From IMG/VR virus record IMGVR_UViG_3300030012_002336, positions 1 through 64,000 of that record: a stretch of DNA of 64,000 bases. One strand, 5' to 3'. The first letter of the stretch is position 1. Each line of letters opens with the position of its first letter. This stretch comes from a virus. Taxonomy: Duplodnaviria > Caudoviricetes. Shown here piece by piece: positions 47,701 through 57,388 of this stretch. The translations under genes and the position numbers were made by a program. The notes under the pieces were generated by a model that saw only the letters and a program-made list of their open reading frames with translations, was not told where the DNA came from and did not search any database.

Positions 47701-50700
47701 TATATTTATCTTTGCTATTTTCTTTTAAAAAGTTTCTTATTGTAGCATTATCAGTATAGTATGTTTTATTACCTCTTTTAAATGAAAAAGCTTTACTAAG
47801 TCCAACAGCACTGGTTTTTACTTCACCACCTAGTAGTTTTTCCAAAATCTCATCATAGTTAAAATTATCTATTGATCCAGCTCCAAGATTATCTAGTGAG
47901 TAATTCTTTTCATTAATTTTAACCAACACTTTTTCTCCTTGTGGATAACCTTCTTTTTTTGCTGTAGCACTTTTTCTAAGAATAACTGTTGTACCTAGAC
48001 CTTCTAATCCTTGTTGTTGTACTTTATTTAGATATGGTGCTTTAAAGCTTTTATCTATACCTAACCTTGCTTTTTGTAGAGTAAAGTATTCTCTTGTCTT
48101 TTTAAATCTTCTCCATCTACCATTCTCTGTATCATTATAACCTTGTATATCTCCTGGTATAAACGTTTCACCACCCTGATATCTTTCTTGATATTCTCTT
48201 TGTATTTCATAAGCTTCTGCTCTTATCTTATCAAAAACTCTATCTACAGTTTCTAATGTAATATTAGACTTTCCATTTTTAAACTCTACAGTTTTAACTA
48301 TAGGCATATTAATGTAATCTAATGTACTATTAGCTTCTAGAATCCTAGGATAAATTCTTGCTGTTGCATATCTTGCTATTCTTACACCCACATCACTCTC
48401 TTCTCGGTATTCTTTTAAATCTAACTTACCAGTCTGTGGTACAAAGTCTATAAAGTAACCATTTATAACAGAAGCTATTAGATCTCTCCCGCCAAAGTTA
48501 GAAGCATCTACACCCGGCTTTCTATTAACATCTAAGTTATTATTCATAACATAGTATCCTTCATCAGTTCTACTAAACTTACCTACCTTATATCCTGCAA
48601 CTCTGCTTATTCTTAACTCATTATTCTCAGCCATATCTCTAATATCAGGACTATTAACAAGTAGTTCATTTTCATAGAAAGGATCTGCTTTTAAATTATC
48701 TAAATAATTAGTATCATTCAACTGTCTAATTAACTTCATATGTACAGAAGCTAATTGTTGTGAGTATATTCTTTTACCTGAAGGAGTTATATGTGTAGAG
48801 GCTCCAACAGTTTCATTAAATGCAGCATCTATTCTACCTAATCTTGCAAATCTACCAGCACTTCCAGGATCTTTCTCAGATGTTTCTTCAATATTTTTCC
48901 CTTGTAAAAATGCATCAGTATATTTTGTAAATAAAACAGGAATAGACTGATTATTTGCATCTGTTTTATTTAGTCCAGCTATTATAGCATTTATATCAGT
49001 TGCTGTAACTGTTTCTAATCTACCAAACTGACGTAAAAATTTTCTTTGGTTTGTGTTAGGACTTTGTATGTTTGATAAAATTGCATATCTTAAAAACCCA
49101 GGAGTAAAATTAATACCAGTTGTTCTAAATATTTCAGATTGAATACTACCTGCAGCTGTACTTATTTTTTCTTCTAATACTTTATCTGTAATTGACTTTC
49201 TCCCCATTAACTTTGTAAGATCTTTTAAAGCTCCAACTGCCTCAGATCTAAACTGAGCATTATTTTTTAACTCTGGATATCTTGCAGCAAATGCATTATT
49301 CCATCTTTCCATAGTCTGATTTGCATCATCCTTTTTAGTTGCTGACATTATTTGTAATGCTCCTGTTTCTTGATCTAACTGATCATAAGAATAATCTACT
49401 CTAGTTTGATTTTTAAAATGATTAATAAAATCTTGATAGAATAAAGGATTTTGAATTTGCTTTGGTATTGTAAAACCATCTTGCATAATATCTTGCCTAG
49501 TTAGCCCTATCTTATCAAGCACTCTTTCAACAATAGCAAAAGTTTGCTCTGAGTCATTAGAGAATCTAACTAAAGATTCTAATACATCAACCTCTGTAAA
49601 TGCATCTGATGTAGCCTTCATTAATCCTTCATAACCAGTTTGGAAATGAACTGTTTGCACAACACTTCTACCAAACATATCTTTTGAAGTATATGTTGTA
49701 GTTGCAATTAAATTACGCATATACTGACTAAATGATTTTAATCCACCAATTTCATCTTGTGACTTTTCATATTCAGCAATACTTTTTATATTATTAGTTC
49801 CTACACCTGGTTCTATAACTTGATCAGAAGTTCTTTCTATAATAACATCCATTCCTCTTAGGTATGTTGAAACCGCATTAATAATATCACCACGTACAGA
49901 AAAAGGTCTTGTTTGAAGCAGAGAAGCATATACATCTTTTATTTGTTTTTCTTGATTTATATAATCTTCTGGGCTTAATTCTTCTTGCAATACAGTAGGA
50001 TTGTAAGTTTCTATATAATCTGCAACTGCATTTTCTAATATATTTAAAGGGTTATATGGCCCTGTAATATTCTCAATATAGTCATTATATATACGTGCAA
50101 TATTTGCAACTAACTGATTTTGCATATTAGGATCAAAGTATGTATTAACAGACTTTCTTATAGTAGTACCATCATCTCTCTTTATAAATAGTCTCTTAGA
50201 TCCATTTCTAATATTTTTAAATGCTAATCTATTTACACCAACAGCATATGCACTAGTTTCAGGTCTAGTAAATTGGTTATCTACAATATCTGCATACTTA
50301 AAACCACCAGATAAAATTTTATCATATAAGGCTTGTATATCAAATGGAGACTTAGTTCTAAATAAACCTCTTATAAAGTCTAATACCTTTTTAAAGAATA
50401 TTACTATCTTACCAGTAAAAGTTTTCTTCTTATTTGCATAGTCTTGGAAGTTATCCCATATAAACTCTTCAACTAGTCTATCTGTAGCTTGTTTATCAGT
50501 AGCTCTTACACGTGCATAATCCTCTAATTTCCAATTAGTTATCTCATCTTTAAGGTTCTTACCATCTGCTTTAAGTTGCTTTAAGTATTTAGATTTTTCT
50601 TCTTTTATATATCCTTGCTGTTGTTCATCTGTAAGTAGTAATCTCCATACACCGTGACCTGCTTCATGATATGCAAACTGTGTAACCTCTGGTAAATATA

Positions 50701-53700
50701 TAATACCACCTTCTACTCTAGCACCCACAGTAGCCATGTTTAAGCCAAAAGCAGCAACAGTTTCTTGATTATCTACAAGTCTATCTTTTAATACTTTAAG
50801 ATCCTCTACAGTAAAGAACTCAGGTAAGATGGTTTCCATCTCACTTATAAAGTCTTCTCTATTTACTGCTTGTAAGCCATCTAATAGCTCACCTCTTTCT
50901 AATACTTTATTTGCAACATCATCACCTAAATTGTCAAATCTTTTTAACTGTCTCTCTAATTCTATTCTCTCTGTGTCAAGCTTAATTACTCTAGGATCTT
51001 TTAATACAGCCTCGTCTAATTTTTTATGTAGAGTAACCGCTTTTATATTTGGATTTTCAGATTTTATTAGCTCTACTTTCTCTAGTTTTAACTCTTTAAC
51101 CAGATCTGTATACTGTTCAGTAATATCATCAAGTTTGTTTTGTATTCTTTCTTCTTCAGTCATATTATCTTCATATGACTCTAATAAAATATCTTGCATT
51201 TCAATATTATCATCTATTTCTGTTTCTCTTAATAAACGTATAAACTTCTCATTAGAATCATTATTATTAACTTGTTTATTATCTAAATATTGATGAACTT
51301 GATTTACAAAATTAATATCTACTTCACTATACTCATACATCTGACCATCTAACATATTAGCAAGATCATCTATTGCAGCAGCATATTTTTCAGCTATGTT
51401 ATCAGTAAGTTCAGTGATATTATCTTCTGTTTGTTTATTTTCTTGATTAGCTCCTTCATCTACAACCTTATTCTTTGGAACATTATCTGATGGTTTCATA
51501 GCTACAGCTTGTTCTCTAGAAGATTTTATACCTGTGCTCTCTAGTGTAATATTTAAACCTCTACCTCTTCTTATATTTCTAACCACCTCTGCAGTAACTA
51601 AACTATTTAACTCATTATTTAATTGATCTACAGTAAGGTCTTTATCTAAATTCTTTACAAAATTATCTAAGGTTAATTTAAAATTTTGTATAGGTCTATA
51701 ATTTTCATATCCCTTGATATTCTTTCCATTTTTAATAAAGTAGTCCTGGACTTGCTTAAATCCTTTATTTACTTGATCTAAAAACTCTTGCATTGTTTTA
51801 GCCTCAGCAAGTAATTTGTTTGCCTCTTTGTTAAACATAACCTTAGCTCTACCTTTCTTACCTACACTCTCATCTATCAAATTTCTATATGTTACTTGGA
51901 TGTATCCATTTTCATTAAATTCTATACCAATAATAGTACCTGGATCATATTCTATATAAAAATCTCTTTGTAGTTTATTATTAAATTCAGCAATAGGCTG
52001 TAAGTCTTTAACACTTTCATCAGTATTTCTATCTGCATCAATCTTTTGTTGCATTTCTTTTATCTCAGTAAATACTTCATCTAGCTTACTTACTTCTTGC
52101 TTCATAGGTCTTAGCCTAAAAAAGGTTATAGTTCCATTAGGTTCTTTTACCGCCATAGAATATCTACCTATAGGCACATCTGCAAGAGTAGTATTAGAAT
52201 TACCATTATTAAAATTATTCTTAATATATTCTACTAACTCTCTTTGAATCTCTGAACGTGCATTGCCCTCTGCAGTAGTATAGTAATCAAAAGTTGGAGT
52301 AATCTTACCCTCACTATATGTGTTATATTTATCTATAATAAAAATTTGATTATTTATTTTAGTGTATTTAAGATTTTCAAGTAAATTTTGTGCAGGCTTA
52401 TTGTTAACTTGATATCCTGGACTACCTGCAGTTGCTTGTACATTTATAGGAACTGATGATAATGGTACATCTACAGTATTTTTATCACCTAATTTAGATC
52501 TTAGCAGATCGTTTATTTCTATTAGTGTTTGATAATTACTTTGAATTTGTTTATAAGCGTTTGGATTACCTTCGGTTATAAATAATTTTTCTGCTTGTAA
52601 TGCATTTATGGTAGAACCATTAATAATTTTACCATTATCTAATAATGTTACCAAACCTAAATTTCTTAACTTAGCAATAGGTTGATTATCTAAAACTAGA
52701 GTAACCTCAAACTCATTCATACCAAAGGCAAGATCATTATTTGGTTTATTCTTTTTATCAAAATTATTGTTCTTATCAAACTCTGGAAACTTAACTTCAC
52801 CCTTTTCTGCCCTCTTTAATGTTTCTTGATACTTTTCATATTGAGGATTTCTATCTATTGTTAATATAGCATTATTAAGTTTTTCTTGTGTTGTTGTGCT
52901 AAGCACTCTTTCAAATGCTAGTTGTGCCTCAGTAGTAGAAAGTGTTTCTGCATTAGGATCTACAAACTTACCAAACTTCACAAAACCTGGGTTAAAAGGG
53001 TAGAACTTTACTCCATTATCTATAGGAATCTTTTTAATTGATTCAGATATAGGTCTATCAGTTTTACCTATAATAGTCCACTCTTGATCAGTCCAATCTT
53101 TTTTAGTTTTAATAAAGTCTTTTCTCTTCTTAGAATATGGTTTACCTATATCTTCACTATGTACTATATATAAATTTTTATTTTTATTAAATGTACTCTC
53201 TGTTGATCTTACAATCCATACATTCTTAGGATCTCCTTTTCTTACAAGTCTATCACCTGTTTGAAAAGTTTCTCCAAATAAATCTTCAATTACAAAAGGA
53301 TTTATAGGACTATACTCATTAATTCTTTTAGCTGCCAACTTTGCTTGATCTAAAGTTTTATATGAACCTATATCATCTGGTGATATATCTTTTATTCTAC
53401 CAAAAATATTATTTCCACTAGCATCAACAACAGCATAAATAAATCTATCTTGCTTGCCAGTCTCAGATATTCTTGTTTGCTTTATGAAGATACCGTCATA
53501 AGCTGTGTCTTTTATTTCAATATTATCTGATTCTGTAGGTACATCTTCTTTAGTAGCTTTTTTATTAAACTCAACTGTAGATACAAATCTTAACTCTGTT
53601 TCATATTTTTCAATTATATCAAATACAACTAACTTATTGTTTGGATCAACAATCCAATTATCAAAATCCCTAGCCCCTGTTTTTTTATAGTTTTCACTCT

Positions 53701-56700
53701 GTTTATATTTTTGAAATAAATCATATCTTGCACCAAGTATTTGAAAACCACCATCACCTAGTGCTAGCTTCTTTTTTTTCCAATCTGAATAATCTAAAGA
53801 TGGTCTATCTGAATTTGCATATAAAGCATAAATATCTTTCATTAAGGTTTGAGTAGATTTATTATCAGAATAAAAATTATCTCTTGCAACAACTGCTGCT
53901 GTTATTTCTTCAGAGTTAACTGTATCCTCTTCAGGAATAGTAACTTCTTCATCTTTTAAAGACTGCTGATAAGGATCTGTTTCTGATTGTAAACTTGTTA
54001 ATTCCTCTTCTACTGTAGTACTTTCTTCTTCAGTGACCTCTTCTTTAGTTGTATTTGTTTTAGCTAGAAGCTCTTTATATGAATTTTCTAATTTTTTTAT
54101 TTCTGCCATTTCAGCCATGTCTTCTGTAATAACACCTTTATCAAAACCAAAATATTCAGTAGGCAATTTATTCTCTTTAATAAAAGCTTCTACTTGTTCT
54201 GGAACAGGTTGTACTTGACTTAGACCTTGGATATCACCTAATTTAGATAATTGATTTAAAAATGTCCTTTGAGCATCAGTTATTATAGTTTTGTTAACTC
54301 TTCTTATAGTTGCATTCTCACCTGTATATTTATTATACATAGCTTTATGTACAATAGCCATCTCTTGAGCAAACCTTTCTGCATTAATAGGATTAGCAAA
54401 AAAGTTTATAGCATCATTATATCTTTTAGATTGAATATCTAAAGTTGTAAAATCTATAATTTTATCTATATTTTCTGAAAGATTTGCATTAGCCACAGTA
54501 CCTTGTCTATAGAAAGCAATCTTTTGAAAGTATTGTGCTATTAAATCTTTTAATTTATTAACAGGACCTTGAGGTAAATCACTAACATCTAAACCTGACT
54601 TCAAAGCTTGTACATTTATTGGATCAAATAAAATAGGTTTTATTTTTTCTAGTAAATCTAACTTTGCTTTTTTAAAATCTAAATCTTCTTTTGTTTCAGG
54701 AGTAACCTCAGTATTTGCCAAAGTTTCTTTTAAAAATAAAATCTCTTTAGCCATAGATCTTTCTGATAATAAAACATCTAATTCAGAAGCCTCTAAATTA
54801 GTCACAACCGGAACCTGAGTTAATGATTGCAATATATCTGCTTTTCTTTTTACATAATTTTTAAAAGAGTCTCCAGCAAATAAAGCCATATCTCTCATAA
54901 ACTCCCAACCTTGATAATTAAAATATGCAGCATTATACTCATCAGAACCTGGTTCAAATTGCGTATATAAATATGGATTAGGTAATCTATTATCTAGTCT
55001 AAGTTTTTCTTTCTTTAAGACTTTAGCATTTTCAATTGCTTCATCTAATCTTTTTCTTATTTTTACAGGATCTGCATTTTTATCATCTACAATATTTACT
55101 ATCTCTTGATCATCTAATTGTTTATAGCTTTCCATTTGATCTATAAAAACTTGATGATTTCTATTTTTAATATTTGCATTAATTGCATTGAACATCATCT
55201 TATGCACAGTATCAAAATACTTTTTTACTTTACCCTCAGTTGTGTATTGAAATGCTAATTTATCTGCTAAAATTTGTGAAGTAGCATCCATTGTTTGTGG
55301 ATGATAAAAATTAACAACATCATTATAAATGCTATTGTCCATATCAGCTTGAGCTCTTCTATATTTATCTGTATTCTTTTTTATATCAGCATAGTCTTTA
55401 TTAACTTTTGTATTAACATAATCAGGAATTGCATTAAATACTATAGATTGAGGTATTGCTGTTGCACCTCTCATAAAAAAACCAGATAAGAATACTTTTA
55501 AACCTTGTGGTGACCATTGTTTTTCTATTCCTTTTTGTGCATATTTAGAATACTCTTGTGGTGAAGAAAGTAAATTTTTAACTTCAGTAGATAATTGATC
55601 CATGGGAGACTTACCAATACTCATTCTATTTGCATTCTCCCAAATATTATCTGTTAAGCCCATAGCCTTTTTTACTTCTGCGTAAGGCATACTACTAAAC
55701 ATCTCCTCATAATATGCACTAATACCATCAGCAATTGCTTCTTGTGATACTTCTTGAACACCTTCTGGTATACCTAATAATGTAAATCTCAATGCACCCC
55801 CAGCTAAGCCTTTTGCAATACCTCCAGGTCCAGCAGCTTTTATGTTTTTTAAAAAACCTTTAACACCTTGCTTCTTAGCAGCTACAGCTACAATAGGTTT
55901 TCCTGGAGTTCCTGGTTTGAACGCCCTACCTGCAGCAGTTCTTATTGTAGAACCCCTTGCTCCATCTACACCTGTCTCTATTGCATCACCTGTTAGCCTA
56001 CGGAAACCTCTCATTGCTGTTCCAATAAGAAGTTTATTACTTAAATATATAAGTGGAAAGTTATTAAACAAAGTCTTTAATCCTGCTCTCTTACCTGCTT
56101 CTACAGTTGTTAACATTTCATCAGGTGTCAAAGGTCTACCTAGTTTCTCTTCTTCTATTTTCTTTGTTGCTTCTTGTACTCTTAATTCTTCTATACCAGC
56201 TTCCATTTTTGACTCTGCTAAAGCTAAGTTTATTGATCTAAGATCTCTATAAAAACCACCAAATGTTCTTTGTATTTTTGCAAGTTGTGATAAATTATCA
56301 CCAACACTTGCTGCAGATTTTAAACTAGCAAAAGCTCTCATTGTTTCAGGAGCAAAAAAGTTTGCTAAACCTCTACCAGCACCTGCAAACCCTGCTTTAC
56401 TTGCTTGAAAAAAGTTTTTTGCATTTTTAACATTATTTAATGTTTGACTAAAATTTGAAATTTGAGATGTGTATCTTCTAGTATCTGCAGCAATAGATGG
56501 AATTTTTCTTAATCTATCAATATTTCTAGCAGTGCCAGCAGCTTTAGTAGATAAACTACCACCTCCTGTAAATGGAGCTGTTACTGCAGCTGCTCCCCAC
56601 AATGTTAATTCTTCTGCAGCTATACCTCCTATTATACCAAATGTATATGCACTATTAACAAAAAAATCATTAATATGACCTTTCATAGTACCTGGATTAT

Positions 56701-57388
56701 TTGTCATGCCTATTCTCATATTATCAGTTAAGGCCCTAGCACCTTGAAAGTCAGATATAAAAGGTTCTCCATAAAACATATCTTTTATTGATCTTATACT
56801 TGAACCCATAGCAGGACCAAATATACCTTTAAATGCACCCCAACTTCTAGCCAGTTCCTCTTGATTAGTCATATTTTGATTATAATATCTTTCATTATCA
56901 CCAAAAGGATTAAAACCTAATCTTGAAAATGCAGGAGTTGAATAATATCTATCTAAATTAGTTGCCTGTGTATTAAGTTTTAAAGAGTGTGTATAGTTAG
57001 GAGTTAAACTATCTTCAAAACCAACTGATCCATCAATTATCTGACGGTATCTTGCTTCTCTTTGTTGTACATCAGTGCCTTGAAAATCACCAAGTGACTC
57101 AGTATATGGGTTAAAATTTGGCGTTACTTTCCCAGGATAAGGATTACTCATACTATTATTAGGACCAAAGAATGGAACAAACTGAGTAAACTCTTTTGCT
57201 TCTTCTATTAGCATTTCAGTTGCTGGATCTATAGGTCCAACATTACCAAATTCAAAAGCATCAGATGCCATTTTTTGAAATGTATCTATTGGAGGTAAAT
57301 CAACTCTAGCGTCTTGAAAATTAACATCAGGCTGCTCAAATGAATCCCCTAAGAGATTGTTATCTGTTAAGTTTATTTTTTCTGACAT
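41711..57388 (-). CDS. giant virion RNA polymerase polyprotein (crAss-type)
   Basis: 5225 aa; GRDLDID at 45584-45598; ENKR, ETDG, TDNAK motifs; HEAGH zincin at 50654-50668; Gly/Ala hydrophobic N-region. Confidence 0.85.
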   Translation of the reverse strand: MSEKINLTDNNLLGDSFEQPDVNFQDARVDLPPIDTFQKMASDAFEFGNVGPIDPATEMLIEEAKEFTQFVPFFGPNNSMSNPYPGKVTPNFNPYTESLGDFQGTDVQQREARYRQIIDGSVGFEDSLTPNYTHSLKLNTQATNLDRYYSTPAFSRLGFNPFGDNERYYNQNMTNQEELARSWGAFKGIFGPAMGSSIRSIKDMFYGEPFISDFQGARALTDNMRIGMTNNPGTMKGHINDFFVNSAYTFGIIGGIAAEELTLWGAAAVTAPFTGGGSLSTKAAGTARNIDRLRKIPSIAADTRRYTSQISNFSQTLNNVKNAKNFFQASKAGFAGAGRGLANFFAPETMRAFASLKSAASVGDNLSQLAKIQRTFGGFYRDLRSINLALAESKMEAGIEELRVQEATKKIEEEKLGRPLTPDEMLTTVEAGKRAGLKTLFNNFPLIYLSNKLLIGTAMRGFRRLTGDAIETGVDGARGSTIRTAAGRAFKPGTPGKPIVAVAAKKQGVKGFLKNIKAAGPGGIAKGLAGGALRFTLLGIPEGVQEVSQEAIADGISAYYEEMFSSMPYAEVKKAMGLTDNIWENANRMSIGKSPMDQLSTEVKNLLSSPQEYSKYAQKGIEKQWSPQGLKVFLSGFFMRGATAIPQSIVFNAIPDYVNTKVNKDYADIKKNTDKYRRAQADMDNSIYNDVVNFYHPQTMDATSQILADKLAFQYTTEGKVKKYFDTVHKMMFNAINANIKNRNHQVFIDQMESYKQLDDQEIVNIVDDKNADPVKIRKRLDEAIENAKVLKKEKLRLDNRLPNPYLYTQFEPGSDEYNAAYFNYQGWEFMRDMALFAGDSFKNYVKRKADILQSLTQVPVVTNLEASELDVLLSERSMAKEILFLKETLANTEVTPETKEDLDFKKAKLDLLEKIKPILFDPINVQALKSGLDVSDLPQGPVNKLKDLIAQYFQKIAFYRQGTVANANLSENIDKIIDFTTLDIQSKRYNDAINFFANPINAERFAQEMAIVHKAMYNKYTGENATIRRVNKTIITDAQRTFLNQLSKLGDIQGLSQVQPVPEQVEAFIKENKLPTEYFGFDKGVITEDMAEMAEIKKLENSYKELLAKTNTTKEEVTEEESTTVEEELTSLQSETDPYQQSLKDEEVTIPEEDTVNSEEITAAVVARDNFYSDNKSTQTLMKDIYALYANSDRPSLDYSDWKKKKLALGDGGFQILGARYDLFQKYKQSENYKKTGARDFDNWIVDPNNKLVVFDIIEKYETELRFVSTVEFNKKATKEDVPTESDNIEIKDTAYDGIFIKQTRISETGKQDRFIYAVVDASGNNIFGRIKDISPDDIGSYKTLDQAKLAAKRINEYSPINPFVIEDLFGETFQTGDRLVRKGDPKNVWIVRSTESTFNKNKNLYIVHSEDIGKPYSKKRKDFIKTKKDWTDQEWTIIGKTDRPISESIKKIPIDNGVKFYPFNPGFVKFGKFVDPNAETLSTTEAQLAFERVLSTTTQEKLNNAILTIDRNPQYEKYQETLKRAEKGEVKFPEFDKNNNFDKKNKPNNDLAFGMNEFEVTLVLDNQPIAKLRNLGLVTLLDNGKIINGSTINALQAEKLFITEGNPNAYKQIQSNYQTLIEINDLLRSKLGDKNTVDVPLSSVPINVQATAGSPGYQVNNKPAQNLLENLKYTKINNQIFIIDKYNTYSEGKITPTFDYYTTAEGNARSEIQRELVEYIKNNFNNGNSNTTLADVPIGRYSMAVKEPNGTITFFRLRPMKQEVSKLDEVFTEIKEMQQKIDADRNTDESVKDLQPIAEFNNKLQRDFYIEYDPGTIIGIEFNENGYIQVTYRNLIDESVGKKGRAKVMFNKEANKLLAEAKTMQEFLDQVNKGFKQVQDYFIKNGKNIKGYENYRPIQNFKLTLDNFVKNLDKDLTVDQLNNELNSLVTAEVVRNIRRGRGLNITLESTGIKSSREQAVAMKPSDNVPKNKVVDEGANQENKQTEDNITELTDNIAEKYAAAIDDLANMLDGQMYEYSEVDINFVNQVHQYLDNKQVNNNDSNEKFIRLLRETEIDDNIEMQDILLESYEDNMTEEERIQNKLDDITEQYTDLVKELKLEKVELIKSENPNIKAVTLHKKLDEAVLKDPRVIKLDTERIELERQLKRFDNLGDDVANKVLERGELLDGLQAVNREDFISEMETILPEFFTVEDLKVLKDRLVDNQETVAAFGLNMATVGARVEGGIIYLPEVTQFAYHEAGHGVWRLLLTDEQQQGYIKEEKSKYLKQLKADGKNLKDEITNWKLEDYARVRATDKQATDRLVEEFIWDNFQDYANKKKTFTGKIVIFFKKVLDFIRGLFRTKSPFDIQALYDKILSGGFKYADIVDNQFTRPETSAYAVGVNRLAFKNIRNGSKRLFIKRDDGTTIRKSVNTYFDPNMQNQLVANIARIYNDYIENITGPYNPLNILENAVADYIETYNPTVLQEELSPEDYINQEKQIKDVYASLLQTRPFSVRGDIINAVSTYLRGMDVIIERTSDQVIEPGVGTNNIKSIAEYEKSQDEIGGLKSFSQYMRNLIATTTYTSKDMFGRSVVQTVHFQTGYEGLMKATSDAFTEVDVLESLVRFSNDSEQTFAIVERVLDKIGLTRQDIMQDGFTIPKQIQNPLFYQDFINHFKNQTRVDYSYDQLDQETGALQIMSATKKDDANQTMERWNNAFAARYPELKNNAQFRSEAVGALKDLTKLMGRKSITDKVLEEKISTAAGSIQSEIFRTTGINFTPGFLRYAILSNIQSPNTNQRKFLRQFGRLETVTATDINAIIAGLNKTDANNQSIPVLFTKYTDAFLQGKNIEETSEKDPGSAGRFARLGRIDAAFNETVGASTHITPSGKRIYSQQLASVHMKLIRQLNDTNYLDNLKADPFYENELLVNSPDIRDMAENNELRISRVAGYKVGKFSRTDEGYYVMNNNLDVNRKPGVDASNFGGRDLIASVINGYFIDFVPQTGKLDLKEYREESDVGVRIARYATARIYPRILEANSTLDYINMPIVKTVEFKNGKSNITLETVDRVFDKIRAEAYEIQREYQERYQGGETFIPGDIQGYNDTENGRWRRFKKTREYFTLQKARLGIDKSFKAPYLNKVQQQGLEGLGTTVILRKSATAKKEGYPQGEKVLVKINEKNYSLDNLGAGSIDNFNYDEILEKLLGGEVKTSAVGLSKAFSFKRGNKTYYTDNATIRNFLKENSKDKYTVYYLDKLSEEQVSLFTESTDEFIEDDSIITGVEDLLVTKNPKTNELYTFNEALKETTFIQDVPATSLDQLKYQVRETLENKFTMFNDMIVNEDILKLVTTNISGNLNTSAGEPVAGTVIQDLNLVAGQQLHNLRQIFFNAYLNASTINKALLGNTNKSLADATVENKRNKQFAITGRDVAFETIAPEFGITHTMGKNSIAQVIFEDRKFKGMEETDGLIFATMKGAKYLNYGVGTSKAKLELINRIEQGEIINVSEILGSEGVNGLLSLGGQVQSEKFAYGDGKIYDKMSIMFLSDQIVGDPSTNFTTPSITNPEFFAIHENLKAIEANQEVVALATPASASKAEKSKVLSFEDISTLSETLSPKDLTNSITYLDANFMYQQQKQVAGKNTISNLKQMKIIVSSEQDNSADINVFGESMTLGKLRGIYNKVEGEKAKSSLLSKMNLIFTLDEAIVALEEARDLGKMTPDLQTFKDYAISSLEASQANNQMVELFKNSPDLNNSLTSTKFEQLFLTFFNSTFNERVPGFNTTLITNALGARVKRVKLIEDGIPVAWEVVRGYELKPSDQREALTLTRTGQPLNLKREDNITKEYLDQVLDKPLEVGDLFIDGLRGSVVKLNKDGSKSDLRYHEMIVAPQRSYMSQIKDDEVIPDEVGDLYTATVPAQDAHSAAYGKIVDFLPAWMASSGMISQSYMKRSGRDLDIDQVYNHEKDVYIKGGKIIEYGDGVPVDPNRSTKGVNNKSEDTLYEEYLNFVEREVQRSGSIYNLALRKYKRKNPGALEEEFKLLYEEDEVEVMWTEWLRENEDQTAPGWIAKESKLRFAKAEDFTYNKKEDEFGPKYIKVDISQEEILGALHQLNKPKSKEEYIDYKNKFKIEPYEAANNNILLDTKIALQSNPRMEAPSEYSSVGVANEPTSIDPLTDLLTNLESQVKSFANRKRIFDSSTDTDFLNDILRIYDSFHDGAKNIGSIVPQNLNFHIFSEYGLDLRDGSQFGKLVIDGQDYNEFTNPYILDPKNQNELIRRAFMGSAEITGMTDNAKYNIAYFLGLNKQALSTVANGVALGMPIRIPVMMVNHPTIKDVYRMYSSKIRNNEPANISKIIEKKIEAMTTDKPFLLENAATLRMSTEVLTEQLNAWEYVGGVKTLSKTFTGEVEVGSEAYEKLEEAELKVLQQFLTLERIKLATNKFIALPNFIDGIGSSTLDLERSLKSLDDLDINKSDSDFKNSSVPVDFRKFFGQINNIGGVKTQPYLTTLYRMASMINKVTPSVFISKTKPFEQITDIVLSHYKGAARSVESRGEIKKSIISYLTAKSFIHRLKTRGDGKRLVTLDNGIIYPEASENTPLIIMDVMRRLMKNNPDSYFLYDFLKPITYDNPNNKQMIDRIVANTWKTVPDAMMVEIGRDIANIYTKDEQNYQDMNHLLNYLLVKDGFTFARDSFINVMPPVMLKDIISAVSPAHSLLKSETLDDTRYREVFGATLNEITNQVVKSILLSHKNSFNLKVSRAGNARLALKEFKDESSLNYNIAAEDSRYKKDISLEEGLASGQIKAISTENKLYANAKKGHIIRIGTEGTPYEITDIIRLTKKQKRVKNFSSKFSILTGYTKEYYDAMSNTDSRLKGYLTLVKKTTEEVAEKQPAAVQGGAVQFDSGLGETYVNLFAKLGPAQDRKLKGRLIRKYEAQKKKQYGKQLSVEAFKKRLSLNKKQLKGKGFEVVNLTINNKDYDLIKFPLVRKIKTGSGKETTFITEVLTSVTVPKILDRGADQQTLMYNLKSETDGRVSEILGVNAIYTETESLGVDSATDIGDVFTSKRPAFSLLMENRKDRLENDIPMQEFMETDPTSLVEGLAEEDTNQLGQLGDAISATEQGFKNERGADVKPKEVKTTEEQGQLDIFKDFDFTAEELEEAQEELEIDLTGLKEDALEIPGEQNEDVKFLTEEYDKLTESEKQNIAVAENLGGLGVRSAEDLIALYQDPKQLYDTKEEFMEDIKKCKGK

